A DNA stretch of 64,000 nt from Candidatus Aenigmatarchaeota archaeon (GTDB lineage: Archaea; Aenigmatarchaeota; Aenigmatarchaeia; Aenigmatarchaeales; Aenigmatarchaeaceae). The notes below the pieces were generated by a model. The model made no database searches. It saw nothing but the letters and a program-made list of their open reading frames with translations, and had not been told where the DNA came from. This document shows positions 19,700-29,758 of this stretch, one piece after another (within the stretch, counting starts at the first letter, position 1; the number at the start of each line of letters is the position of its first letter). Position numbers and translations under genes: made by a program. The stretch is taken from positions 34,436 through 98,435 of the forward strand of contig JBDRJK010000001.1 of NCBI GenBank assembly GCA_043814985.1, in the 5' to 3' direction.

Positions 19700-20299
19700 T
19701 TATTCTTCTGCTAAGAGCCTCAATCCAATCATGTCCTTAGAAAGCGGTGGAGTCATGCAAGCAGCATAGATATCTCCTCCGTTCTCATAGTTTTTTGTTC
19801 TAACAACAGCCGCCCTGTCATACTTATCCCTGTTAAGACCAAGCCATTGAATGTTCTCCCTAAAGTCTTCAAACAGATTATAAATAACAAAACCTATTCC
19901 TGATGACGGATGTGATGGAATAAAGAATTCATACTCTCTGGGCATGTCAACTTTTCTCACTTCTGGATTTATCATCATAAAACTACCGTCCACGTATTCG
20001 GCCTTCCATTCAGGAGGTGAGGAAAGAACAGTTTCCTTGTATTTGTCATCCAATCTCTTGAAGGCCATATAGTCTTCTTCAAGGCTTGGTAGTCTTACCT
20101 TGATTCCATTGCTTAGCTCTCTTGTCAGCAATTGGGCCTCCGGGAAACTAACGCAACTGACATAATTTCCATTGGAATATCTGAGCTTGTCCGGGGCAAT
20201 ACGCCCGGACAAACCCTTCACTTCCAGGAAGCTTTCTGTTTTCAACGGCTCTATTCTTGACAATAGTTCTTCAAGCCTGCTCTTTCTCCTAAGGAACAT
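19700..20299 (-). CDS. Hypothetical protein
   Basis: 199-aa ATG ORF, no recognised motif. Confidence 0.6.
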   Translation of the reverse strand: MFLRRKSRLEELLSRIEPLKTESFLEVKGLSGRIAPDKLRYSNGNYVSCVSFPEAQLLTRELSNGIKVRLPSLEEDYMAFKRLDDKYKETVLSSPPEWKAEYVDGSFMMINPEVRKVDMPREYEFFIPSHPSSGIGFVIYNLFEDFRENIQWLGLNRDKYDRAAVVRTKNYENGGDIYAACMTPPLSKDMIGLRLLAEE

Positions 20300-20385
20300 G
20301 AGAATAATAGAAATCAGGGGAACATCTATTTTGTTTCCTACTCAGGGTGGTAAACCAATAAATAAATTACAGCCGAATATCTATT

Positions 20386-21198
20386 ATGAGTCTTTTCACT
20401 AACCCTGCTATTCTGGAACAGACCTTCCTGCCTAAGCTGCTGCCGCACAGGGAGGAGCAGCACAAGTACATAGCAGAGTGCATAAAGCCGTTGTTCGAGA
20501 GGAGAAATGGCACTAATTTAATCATAACAGGCACGCCCGGAATAGGCAAGACAGCCTGCGTCAAATACGTATTCAGGATGCTCGTTGAAGAGACAGACAA
20601 TATAATGCCCATCTATGTTAACTGCTGGAAGAGGGACACTAGTCCTAAGATAATAAACGAGATTGCAAAGAAGATGGACCTGAAGCTGATTGACAGGATG
20701 TCCTCAGACGAAATATTCGACAGGCTCATAGAAAAGTTCAGCAAGTATGACGGCGTTGTTTTCGCCTTTGACGAGCTGGACAAGGTAAAGGACTTTGATT
20801 TTCTTTACAGGATTCTGGAGGATGTCCCATACAAGACCATATTCCTCATAACCAACATAAGCGATATAGTTACTAAAATGGACAGGAGATTGTTATCAAG
20901 ATTATTATTGGAAAGAAATGATTTTAAGCCTTACAAATTCGAAGAGACCAAAGAAATTCTATATGAGAGGCAGAAGCACGCCTTCTCTCCTGGCTCTTGG
21001 GACTATGACGCATTCGAAATGGTAATAAGGAAGACCTATAACGTAAAGGACATAAGGACCGGACTGTTCTTGATGAAAAGCACTGGAGAGATTGCCACCA
21101 AGAGGAACGCGCCCAAGATAGGGGTGGAGGACGTAAACAAGGCATTGGAAAAGCTTAAGGACTTCTACAGCAAGACTGAAATAGGAAAGTTCGTATAA
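20386..21198 (+). CDS. Short Orc1/Cdc6-like AAA+ ATPase lacking a winged-helix domain
   Basis: F.P..LPHREEQ, GTPGIGKT, YVNCW, FDELD, R..SRL, F.PY...E...IL..R, DIR. Confidence 0.85.
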   Translation: MSLFTNPAILEQTFLPKLLPHREEQHKYIAECIKPLFERRNGTNLIITGTPGIGKTACVKYVFRMLVEETDNIMPIYVNCWKRDTSPKIINEIAKKMDLKLIDRMSSDEIFDRLIEKFSKYDGVVFAFDELDKVKDFDFLYRILEDVPYKTIFLITNISDIVTKMDRRLLSRLLLERNDFKPYKFEETKEILYERQKHAFSPGSWDYDAFEMVIRKTYNVKDIRTGLFLMKSTGEIATKRNAPKIGVEDVNKALEKLKDFYSKTEIGKFV

Positions 21199-21218
21199 TT
21201 TTCTTTTTAAAGAGGTAA

Positions 21219-22235
21219 GTGAAAATGAAGCCTAAAACAAAAGATTTGATTGATTTTGAGAAGAAGGTTTTTAATATAGAGAACGAATCCAGACCGAGAG
21301 GGGCTTGGTGGTGGTGGTTCTGGCTGTTCTTTTTCAACAATCCTAAAAATCCTGGAAAGCCGAGGCAGCTAATGATTCTATGGTCAACCAAGAATGTGAA
21401 AGAGATAGAGTGCAACAAGCTGAAGATAAGGCTGAACCGCAATAGTGACAGAAAAAACCTGGACGGCGCAGTGGCTGTCTGGTACTTTGATGGAGAAAAG
21501 ATGAACCACAACTTCGTCCTAGAGCAATGCAACCTAAAGCTGTCAGGCAACGAGCTTTCATCTGATTCAAAAACACCAACTTCCTTTTCCACAGACAATA
21601 ACAAGAACATGGTAAAGATAGGAAATGATTTCACTTTCATTGCAGAAAGTAATAAAGGTCATAAGTTTTCAATGCCAGTTTATCGTTCCAACAATTATCT
21701 GGGAAATGTGGGATACTCAATATTGAAAATGAACCGTCTCAGCCTAAGGGGAAAAATAAGGAATGAACCGATAAGTGGAAGCGCCTACTTCCAGCGAGTT
21801 TTCGTTAATGCCCCTTCAGTCCCGTGGTACTGGGGCATATTCCACTTTGAGAACGGCGGCATACTGACATACTTCAACCCGCATGTGTTTGGGAAGTCAA
21901 TCAAGAAGGACATATCCTTTTTTGACGGCAGGAGCATGCACAAGTTCGACAACATAAAAGTAAGGAGATTGGGCAAGTATCTGCCGACTTTTCTTATAAC
22001 AGGAATCAATGAAAAGGAAAGAATAAGTTTCAAAGTGAAGAGCTATTCTCACTCCTCATGGTCCTTCAAGAAAAAATCACTGGGTATAATACCCAACAAA
22101 CTTGTCTACAATGAGTATCCATCTGTTATTTCTGATTTGAAACTGACAAACAACAAGACAGGCAGAAGTATTCTTTTGAAGAAGCTGGGTAAGTCAGTGG
22201 GCAATGCCGAGCACACAACTGGTTTGTTGCTTTAA
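21219..22235 (+). CDS. Hypothetical protein, beta-rich (possibly CrtC/tocopherol-cyclase-like)
   Basis: 338 aa; WWWWFW, G.AYFQRV and PWYWG motifs; fold call is inference. Confidence 0.6.
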   Translation: MKMKPKTKDLIDFEKKVFNIENESRPRGAWWWWFWLFFFNNPKNPGKPRQLMILWSTKNVKEIECNKLKIRLNRNSDRKNLDGAVAVWYFDGEKMNHNFVLEQCNLKLSGNELSSDSKTPTSFSTDNNKNMVKIGNDFTFIAESNKGHKFSMPVYRSNNYLGNVGYSILKMNRLSLRGKIRNEPISGSAYFQRVFVNAPSVPWYWGIFHFENGGILTYFNPHVFGKSIKKDISFFDGRSMHKFDNIKVRRLGKYLPTFLITGINEKERISFKVKSYSHSSWSFKKKSLGIIPNKLVYNEYPSVISDLKLTNNKTGRSILLKKLGKSVGNAEHTTGLLL

Positions 22236-22385
22236 GATAATTTTATATATTTTTGACTTCAAATAATCCTCTAGGCGATTACATGGGATGGGATTCACTT
22301 CAATTTATTTAGAAGATTTGTCTATTTCTAGTAAGCTTAAAAATAAAGCTAGAGTAATTTATCTATTAGCTGTAAAGGTGAGTAT

Positions 22386-23471
22386 ATGAAAAATGAAAGA
22401 ATAGATCCGTGGGGCTCAATCGAAATAAAGGATTATTCAAATGTCTTCAAGGAATTCGGCCTAAAGCCCTTTCCAGAAGAATACAGAAAGAATCTGAATC
22501 ATCTAGCCTTTAGAAGAAAAATCGTGATAGCCCACAGGGATTTTGAGAAGGTTTACAATAGGATAATGAACAAAAAGCCCTTCATAAACATGACAGGCAT
22601 AGCTTCCAGCGGATATCTGCACATGGGCCACAAGGCTGTGATAGACCTATTCATATTTTTCAAAAATTGCGGAGCCAAAAACCTTTTCGGCATATGTGAT
22701 ATAGACGCCTACACGAGCAGGAAGAAGATTCCCGACTTGAAAACAGCAAAGGAGTTTGCTGTAAGCAACTTGGCAGATGTCCTAGCATTAGGCCTGACAA
22801 AGAATGATGTTTACATACAAAGCAAGAAAGAGCAGAGATATTATGAATTCACTTTCGAGCTTTCTAAAAAAATCACTGGGGCGACTTTTCAAGCAATTTA
22901 CGGAACTCTGGACCTGGGAAAGGTTTCAGCAAACCTCCTACAATACGCAGACATCTTGCACGGCCAACTGAAAGAGTATTGCGGAAAGATGCCATCCATA
23001 ACTGCAATTGCAATCGAGCAGGACCCTCACATAAGGGCTGTCAGGGATGTTGCCAAAAGGCTTCCGTATGATATGGAACTGCCGTCCTCAATATACATCA
23101 CCCATCAACCAGGCCTTAAAGAGGGCATGAAGATGAGCTCTTCAGTGCCTGACACTGCCATTTTCTTAAGGGACAAGCCAGAAGTAGCCAAAAAGAAAAT
23201 ACTGAACTCATTCACTGGAGGCAAAGACACTGTTGAAGAGCAGAAAAAAACAGGGGGCAATCCCGACATATGCAAAGTCTATAATATTTTTAAATTCCAC
23301 CATCCTGACGATAAACAAGTTGAAGATATTTATAAAAACTGCAAGTCTGGAAGTCTTATGTGTGGAAATTGCAAAAAGATTTGCATAAAATTCGTTGAAG
23401 AATTCTTAAAAGAGCATCAAAAGAAATACAAAAAGTTTGAACCAGTTGCAAGAAAAATGGTATTTGGTTGA
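22386..23471 (+). CDS. trpS: Tryptophanyl-tRNA synthetase
   Basis: IDPWG, HMGH, Q.ADIL, QDPH.R..RD, KMSSS, GGNPDIC. Confidence 0.95.
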   Translation: MKNERIDPWGSIEIKDYSNVFKEFGLKPFPEEYRKNLNHLAFRRKIVIAHRDFEKVYNRIMNKKPFINMTGIASSGYLHMGHKAVIDLFIFFKNCGAKNLFGICDIDAYTSRKKIPDLKTAKEFAVSNLADVLALGLTKNDVYIQSKKEQRYYEFTFELSKKITGATFQAIYGTLDLGKVSANLLQYADILHGQLKEYCGKMPSITAIAIEQDPHIRAVRDVAKRLPYDMELPSSIYITHQPGLKEGMKMSSSVPDTAIFLRDKPEVAKKKILNSFTGGKDTVEEQKKTGGNPDICKVYNIFKFHHPDDKQVEDIYKNCKSGSLMCGNCKKICIKFVEEFLKEHQKKYKKFEPVARKMVFG

Positions 23472-23472
23472 T

Positions 23473-24801
23473 ATGTACAAGTTAACACCTGAGGGTCAGG
23501 ATTATCTAAAGAACGGTTTGCCGGAGAAGCAATTGCTAAAGTCATTAGGAGATGAGAAGCCATTGGAAGAGGTTTCCAAATCACCAAAATCCGGGATATC
23601 AATTGGATGGGCAAGAAGGAATGCATGGATAGAGATTGAGAACAAGAAAGTCAAAATAACTGAACTCGGTAAAAAGGCAATTAGTGAGAGAACTGAAATT
23701 GAAAAATCATTAGATGATATTGATAAGAATGGAACAACAGATGAAAAACTAACAAAGATTCTATTGAGCAGAAAACTGATTGCGGAGATGGAAGATACTG
23801 TAACCGAAACGGAAACAACAGAAAAAGTTTCTTTTTGGCAGAGACTAATTAATTTCTTCTACAAGAAAGAAAGACCTGTTATAGAAATAACAAATTCAAC
23901 AGAAATAGCGCAGCTGACACCACAACTAATCAAAACAGGAGAATGGAAAAACAAGGCCTTCAGGAAATATGATGTGAATGCTCCTGCTCCCAAAGTCTAT
24001 GCTGGTAAAAAGCAGCCCTATGTCCAATTCGAAGAAGACATAAGAGACAAGTTAATAGGTTTGGGGTTCCAGGAAATGAAAGGCCCTCTGGTCGAGACTT
24101 CTTTTTGGAACTGCGACGCTTTGTTCATACCGCAGGACCATCCTGCCAAGAGCATGCAAGACATATTCTACATGAAAAACCCGAGCACAGGAAGACTGCC
24201 TGACGAGAATCTCATTTCAAAGGTCAAGGCAACGCACGAGGGCGGCTGGGTTACTGAAAGTACTGGATGGGGTGGCCACTGGTCAAAGGAAGAAAGCAAA
24301 AAGGTTCTATTAAGATCACACACAACAGCTGTTTCTGCCAGAACACTTTACGAGATTGGTGAAAAACCAGGAAAGTATTTTACAATAGATAGGAACTTCA
24401 GGCCTGATATCATAGATGCAAGTCATCTAGCAGAATTCTACCAGTGTGAGGGCATAGTTGTTGGTAAGGACTTGTCATTCAGGAATGTTTTAGGATACTT
24501 GAAGGAAATATCGCAGAGCTTGGGCTCAATAGAGGTTAAGTTCAAGCCAGGCTTCTTCCCCTACACAGAACCTTCTGTTGAGGGTTTTGTCAAGCACCCC
24601 CAGATGGGATGGATAGAAGTATTGCCTGCAGGTTTGTTTAGACCTGAACTATTGAGACCGCTAGGTATAGAAGACTATCAGGTGCTGGCATGGGGAATCG
24701 GGATTAGCAGGCTGGCCATGGCAAAGCTGAACATAACTGACATCAGGATGCTGTTCTCTGATGATCTAGAATGGTTAAGGAAAACTCCAATGGTGAAATA
24801 G
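23473..24801 (+). CDS. pheS: Phenylalanyl-tRNA synthetase alpha subunit
   Basis: LT.EG..YL..GLPE, FWN.DALF.PQDHPA, LRSHTTA, DASHLAEFYQ.EG, FPYTEPS. Confidence 0.97.
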   Translation: MYKLTPEGQDYLKNGLPEKQLLKSLGDEKPLEEVSKSPKSGISIGWARRNAWIEIENKKVKITELGKKAISERTEIEKSLDDIDKNGTTDEKLTKILLSRKLIAEMEDTVTETETTEKVSFWQRLINFFYKKERPVIEITNSTEIAQLTPQLIKTGEWKNKAFRKYDVNAPAPKVYAGKKQPYVQFEEDIRDKLIGLGFQEMKGPLVETSFWNCDALFIPQDHPAKSMQDIFYMKNPSTGRLPDENLISKVKATHEGGWVTESTGWGGHWSKEESKKVLLRSHTTAVSARTLYEIGEKPGKYFTIDRNFRPDIIDASHLAEFYQCEGIVVGKDLSFRNVLGYLKEISQSLGSIEVKFKPGFFPYTEPSVEGFVKHPQMGWIEVLPAGLFRPELLRPLGIEDYQVLAWGIGISRLAMAKLNITDIRMLFSDDLEWLRKTPMVK

Positions 24802-25053
24802 ATGGCAGACTTAATTATTGAGATAATCGGCTGGTTTGGCATGGCACTTGTATTAGTGGCATATCTTTTGATTACTACCAAGAAGGTCAAGATTGGATCT
24901 TTCATATATCATGGTTTGAATTTTATTGGAGCAATAACACTGGGATTCAATGCTCTAGCCAACGAGGCATACCCATCTGCTCTCTTGAATGCAATATGGT
25001 TGGTTATTGCAGTATACGGTCTACTGGAAGGTATGAAAATATTCAAAAGGTGA
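24802..25053 (+). CDS. Small membrane protein (CBU_0592-like)
   Basis: IGWFG..LVLVAY, Y..LNF.GA, LN.IW; 3 TM helices. Confidence 0.7.
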   Translation: MADLIIEIIGWFGMALVLVAYLLITTKKVKIGSFIYHGLNFIGAITLGFNALANEAYPSALLNAIWLVIAVYGLLEGMKIFKR

Positions 25054-25057
25054 TTGA

Positions 25058-25477
25058 ATGAAAATAAGGAACGCAACATCAAAGGACAGAAAGAAGATAA
25101 CTGAACTTTATTTCGGTCTTTATCCTGACTGGAAGAGGAAGGTTAAGGGAAAGGTACCACTAGATACGAAAGTCAAGAAGATTGTTCTTCTGGCTGAAGA
25201 TAAAAAAGATGTTGTGGGGTTCTGTTGGGCCAATCTTATCCAACACGGCTTTTCAAAGTTCGGTTACATCGAGGACTTGTTCGTCAGCGAGGGTTCCAGA
25301 AAAAAAGGTGTAGGAACCATGCTTGTCAAAAGAGTCGTAAAAGAGATGAAGAAAAAGGGAGTAGCAGCCATCTTCATCACAACCAGTAGGAAAAACAAAA
25401 ATGCCATAGAATTTTACAAAAAATCAGGTTTCATAGTGGACAAGAATGTATGGTTGTACTGGAGCAGAAAAAAGTGA
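25058..25477 (+). CDS. GNAT family N-acetyltransferase
   Basis: IEDLFV...RKKGVG..L, N..A..FYKK.GF. Confidence 0.9.
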   Translation: MKIRNATSKDRKKITELYFGLYPDWKRKVKGKVPLDTKVKKIVLLAEDKKDVVGFCWANLIQHGFSKFGYIEDLFVSEGSRKKGVGTMLVKRVVKEMKKKGVAAIFITTSRKNKNAIEFYKKSGFIVDKNVWLYWSRKK

Positions 25478-25481
25478 TTGA

Positions 25482-26222
25482 ATGGCAAAGATAAACTCGA
25501 TTGTAAGATTTTTGAACAAGGAATTGAAAGTCAAAAAAATAAAAGACCCTTGGTGTAAGAACGGTCTTCAAGTAAAGTCATCTACTGAAGTGAAAAAAAT
25601 TGGTTTGTCTGTAGATGCATGTATGGATGTTTTTGAAAAGGCCAAAAAGTTAAATTGCGACCTCATTATAGTTCATCATGGTATTCTTAAGCCCAAACAA
25701 AAAGACACTACAGGTTTAATAAAGAAGCGTATGAAATTCCTGAAGAAAAACAAAATATCTCTGTATGCTTCTCATCTTCCTTTAGACATTCATAAGAAAT
25801 ATGGTAACAATGCTAACATACTAAGAATGATTGGACTGGAACCAAAGGCTTCTTTCTCAGAAGTAGGATACCTAACATACTCGAAAGGTAGAAGCATTGA
25901 CTCAATAGCAAAAGAATTGGGAAAGAAGTTGAAGACAAGATTTAAAATATGGAGATTTGGTAAAAAGAGGGTAAGAAAAATAGCTGTGAACTCAGGCTAT
26001 GGCGGTCCTGAAGTTAGTCTGGCAATCAAGAAGGGTGTGGACCTTTTGATTGTTGGAGAGCTAGGTCATGGACCTTATCTTCGTGCAAAGGAAGGGAAAT
26101 TAAACGTGATTTTAGGGGGCCATTACAAAACAGAAACAGTAGGTATCAAGATATTGGGAAATATATTGGAAAGAGAGTTCGACTTAAAGACTGTCTTCAT
26201 AGACAATCCAACGGGAATGTGA
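25482..26222 (+). CDS. Nif3-like dinuclear metal centre protein
   Basis: NGLQV, VHHG, HLPLD.H..GNN, GHY.TE. Confidence 0.92.
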   Translation: MAKINSIVRFLNKELKVKKIKDPWCKNGLQVKSSTEVKKIGLSVDACMDVFEKAKKLNCDLIIVHHGILKPKQKDTTGLIKKRMKFLKKNKISLYASHLPLDIHKKYGNNANILRMIGLEPKASFSEVGYLTYSKGRSIDSIAKELGKKLKTRFKIWRFGKKRVRKIAVNSGYGGPEVSLAIKKGVDLLIVGELGHGPYLRAKEGKLNVILGGHYKTETVGIKILGNILEREFDLKTVFIDNPTGM

Positions 26223-26307
26223 TTAAAATGATTTTTACAGAACTAAGACAAAAAAACTACTTGAAAAGGTTAAAGAGTATTACAAAGAGGCTGGTTTGAG
26301 TGATTAG

Positions 26308-27912
26308 ATGGTTGTAATTGAGATTAGCAAAAAGGATTTGTTGAATTTATTGGGAAAGGAAATGACAGACGATGAAATAGAGGAAGTCCTGTTCCTGATA
26401 AAGATAGAGTCAAGGATTGACGGCGATGTCATAGAATGTGAGATGAATCCTGACAGGCCTGACTTTTTCTCTGTTGAGGGAATAGTAAGGTGGATGAAAG
26501 GCTTCTTGGAAATAGAAAGCGGTTTGAAAAAGTATGATGTCTCTGACTCAAAGGTTGTATTGAAAAAAGAGAACTCTGAAGTGAGACCATACATAGGATG
26601 CGGCATAATAAAGGATGTTGAGCTCACTGACAATCTGGTAAAGAGCCTGATGCAAGTCCAGGAAAAACTGCACGACAGCATTGGAAGGGGAAGGAAGAAG
26701 GTTGCGATTGGTGTTCATGATTTTGACAAGATGAAGCCTCCCCTGGTTTACAGGGATGTGGAAGAGGAGACATTTGTTCCTTTAGGCAAAACAAAAGAAA
26801 TGACCATAAAGGAAATACTTACCAAGCATCCCAAGGGAGTTGCATTCGCGCATCTTGTAAAAGACAAGTATCCTCTGATTTATGACAAGGAAGGTGTGAT
26901 AAGTTTTCCTCCAATAATAAACTCTGAAAGAACCAGGGTAACTGAAAACACGAAAACATTATTCCTTGATGTTACAGGAACGGATGAGAAGACAGTCAAT
27001 GTTGCATTGAACATACTGGCCTGCAACATACTAGAAAGGTGCGGTAAATTAGAAACAGTAAAGGTCGGCAACAAGAAGATGCCTGACCTCACACCAGTCC
27101 AGAAAACAATAGACATTGAATACATAAACAAAATCATAGGATTGGAATTAACCGGAGACGAAATAGTAAAATTATTTGAGAAGATGAGGTACAGCGCCTC
27201 AAAACCAAGAGGCGGTAAAATAACAGTCTCAATACCTCCTTATCGTGCTGACATACTGCATGCAATTGACCTGGTAGAAGATGTTGCAATCGGTTATGGC
27301 TATAATAATCTGGAGCCAGAGATTCCTGAACTGGCAACAATTGGAAAAGAAGCTGGAATAGAAGTATTGACAAGGAAGATAAGAGAGCTAATGGTCGGTT
27401 TGGAATGCCAGGAGATTGTCAACTTTGTTTTAACGAGCAAAGAGAACAACTTCTCAAAAATGAATGTTGATGGGACTGCAGCAGAATTAATGAATCCTAT
27501 ATCAAGCGAATACACAATATGCAGGACATGGCTTCTTCCCTGTTTGATAAGGAACCTGGTGTCGAACAAGCACAGGGACTACCCGCAGAGAATATTTGAA
27601 ATAGGTGACTGCGTTGCTCTTGATGAAACAGAAGAAACAGGAACCAAGACTATCAGAAAGCTGGCAGGAGTTGTTTCATATGACAACACCAACCTGACAG
27701 AGATGAAGTCAATAATAGAGAGCGTCCTGAAGAATTTAGGATATGACTACCAGATAAATGATTACAAGCATCCGAGCTTTATTGAGACAAGGGTCGGAGA
27801 GATAACAGTCAATGAAAAGCAGATAGGATTCTTCGGGGAAATCAAGCCTGAAATACTTGAGAAATGGAAGCTTGAGAAACCAGTGATTGCCTTTGAGATC
27901 GAGGTTGTTTAG
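26308..27912 (+). CDS. pheT: Phenylalanyl-tRNA synthetase beta subunit
   Basis: NPDRPD..S.EG, QEKLH, AIG.HD, SFPPIINS, R.DILH..D..EDVAI.YGY. Confidence 0.97.
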   Translation: MVVIEISKKDLLNLLGKEMTDDEIEEVLFLIKIESRIDGDVIECEMNPDRPDFFSVEGIVRWMKGFLEIESGLKKYDVSDSKVVLKKENSEVRPYIGCGIIKDVELTDNLVKSLMQVQEKLHDSIGRGRKKVAIGVHDFDKMKPPLVYRDVEEETFVPLGKTKEMTIKEILTKHPKGVAFAHLVKDKYPLIYDKEGVISFPPIINSERTRVTENTKTLFLDVTGTDEKTVNVALNILACNILERCGKLETVKVGNKKMPDLTPVQKTIDIEYINKIIGLELTGDEIVKLFEKMRYSASKPRGGKITVSIPPYRADILHAIDLVEDVAIGYGYNNLEPEIPELATIGKEAGIEVLTRKIRELMVGLECQEIVNFVLTSKENNFSKMNVDGTAAELMNPISSEYTICRTWLLPCLIRNLVSNKHRDYPQRIFEIGDCVALDETEETGTKTIRKLAGVVSYDNTNLTEMKSIIESVLKNLGYDYQINDYKHPSFIETRVGEITVNEKQIGFFGEIKPEILEKWKLEKPVIAFEIEVV

Positions 27913-28509
27913 ATGGACAGCATGTTTCATTTCATATTCCCGATAATTGCCGCGCTTGCAGCAAGGCTGAATGTCAAGCATCCCATAAAGTCAATACTGG
28001 CAGCTGCTGTTTTAACAGTATTGATAGATGTGGACCACTTCATTGGTTTGGAAAGGGCGACATTCCATAATGTCTTTGTAATAATCCTACTTCCATTGGT
28101 ATTGTTGTACCTAGCATTCCATTTCAGAATGAACCGTTATGCCAAAGGGTTCTTACTTCTATTGTTGGTATTTTCTTCAAGCCACCTTTTCCTAGATTTG
28201 TTCTCCTCGCCTAGCTTCGGAACCGGCATAGGAATAGTAGAAGGTGCGGGCCCTGCCTTGTTTTACCCCCTAAGTAACACTCAGTACTCAATAGACTTCA
28301 ACATAAAGATTCCAATGAGCACTGACAACCCGCCATACCTAATAGAAGGGTATGTGATATCTTCTCTAGGTTTTGGAATTTTATTGTATTTCATAATTAT
28401 TTTGCTGCCCTGCCTGTTCTTGGATGACATAATAGAAATAGCAGAAAGAAAACGAGAAAACTTAGGAAAGGCAACACAGAGCTTCCTCAAGAAATCTTTT
28501 AGAGACTAG
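27913..28509 (+). CDS. Membrane-bound metal-dependent hydrolase (YdjM-like)
   Basis: H, D.DH, R..FHN, SHLFLD, LFYP motifs with TM helices. Confidence 0.75.
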   Translation: MDSMFHFIFPIIAALAARLNVKHPIKSILAAAVLTVLIDVDHFIGLERATFHNVFVIILLPLVLLYLAFHFRMNRYAKGFLLLLLVFSSSHLFLDLFSSPSFGTGIGIVEGAGPALFYPLSNTQYSIDFNIKIPMSTDNPPYLIEGYVISSLGFGILLYFIIILLPCLFLDDIIEIAERKRENLGKATQSFLKKSFRD

Positions 28510-29270
28510 TCCCACCAGAAGAACAATCTTTCAAAAAAGCTCTTCTTCTTGGCTCCGTAATAAGTTTCGCCAAGTATCCTTGATGCGAGCTTCTGGAACT
28601 GTATCGATGATTTGCTTCTTGGTTTGTGATGTACAACAGGAGTTTTTTTAGAAATTGACTTGGGAACAGCCAAATCCTCAGGAATTATAGAGATTATCGG
28701 GACCTCAAGCATGGACCTTATCTCGTCCATTGACAATTCATGACTCATACCCCTGACCCTGTTTACCACGACTCCCAAAACATTGGTATTGTTGTCCTGG
28801 GCTATCTTTATTGTCTTCAAAGCGTCTGCAACAGCTGGCAGCTCTGGATTGGTCACAATCAAAATATCGTCTGCAACATCCATTGCAGTCAATGCCTCCT
28901 TTCCAAGACCAGCTGCAGAGTCAACAATGATTATGTCGTTCTTGTCAACAAGGTGTGAGAGTGCCTTTTCCAACTTGCTCATGTCAATTCCTTTCAAAGC
29001 TTCAGTTGACAATGAAGCAGGAACTATCTTCAACCCAGTGTGATGGTCGTAGATGGCTGATTCTATAGGCGTGTCATTCCTTAGAACATCATGAAGAGTG
29101 ACTGGATAGAGAGGAATGCCTAAATGTAAGCTTAAATTGGGCGTTGTGACATTGGCGTCGAGTATTGTTACCTTCTTTCCCCTCTTCACCAAGGCAGTAC
29201 CAAGATTAGAAACCAAAGTTGTTTTGCCAACACCACCTTTTCCAGACAATACAGATATTATCCTTGCCAT
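28506..29270 (-). CDS. minD: MinD-family ATPase
   Basis: SGKGGVGKTT, D.AAG, C-terminal amphipathic SFFERLF. Confidence 0.92.
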   Translation of the reverse strand: MARIISVLSGKGGVGKTTLVSNLGTALVKRGKKVTILDANVTTPNLSLHLGIPLYPVTLHDVLRNDTPIESAIYDHHTGLKIVPASLSTEALKGIDMSKLEKALSHLVDKNDIIIVDSAAGLGKEALTAMDVADDILIVTNPELPAVADALKTIKIAQDNNTNVLGVVVNRVRGMSHELSMDEIRSMLEVPIISIIPEDLAVPKSISKKTPVVHHKPRSKSSIQFQKLASRILGETYYGAKKKSFFERLFFWWD

Positions 29271-29308
29271 TTAACCAAAAAATAATTTGTTTAATACAGA
29301 TAAAAAGA

Positions 29309-29608
29309 TTATTCAGAGCAACTTATTGACTCATATACGAATTTTTCTATAGAATAATCTTCTTTGAAACCTATTTTAGGATCGATTAATTTCAAATCAC
29401 CAACAACTCCCTCACACCTTTCCAAGTCACTGGGTGGGTCCATAAAAGCTAGAGACAAGTTCTCTCCTTGGTAACAATTGAGCACTTTACATCTTTTCTT
29501 ACAGCCTTCTCTATCACAGCTTGCTCTATACAAAATTCTTTGGTCGTCAGGATTTGATTCAATTACAGCTGTAAGATGGGTTTTTTTACCCTCTATTCTA
29601 TTACTCAT
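29309..29608 (-). CDS. Hypothetical protein
   Basis: 99-aa ATG ORF with upstream GTGA SD-like sequence. Confidence 0.5.
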   Translation of the reverse strand: MSNRIEGKKTHLTAVIESNPDDQRILYRASCDREGCKKRCKVLNCYQGENLSLAFMDPPSDLERCEGVVGDLKLIDPKIGFKEDYSIEKFVYESISCSE

Positions 29609-29758
29609 TTAATCACATCTGTTAATTAGAAAAAAAGCTTTAAATTCTCTTTGATTAAAACCAATTGGTACCAACGGACTTTACAGAAAAATGTTAACTA
29701 AAACATCCCTTTAAAAAGGTTAAAAGGAAAATCTGGAATATCAATAGGAGGTATTAAT

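Noticed and set aside
26228..26307. Short ORF(s) between nif3 and pheT
   Set aside because: About 23-25 codons in two competing frames with no motif; at most a remnant.
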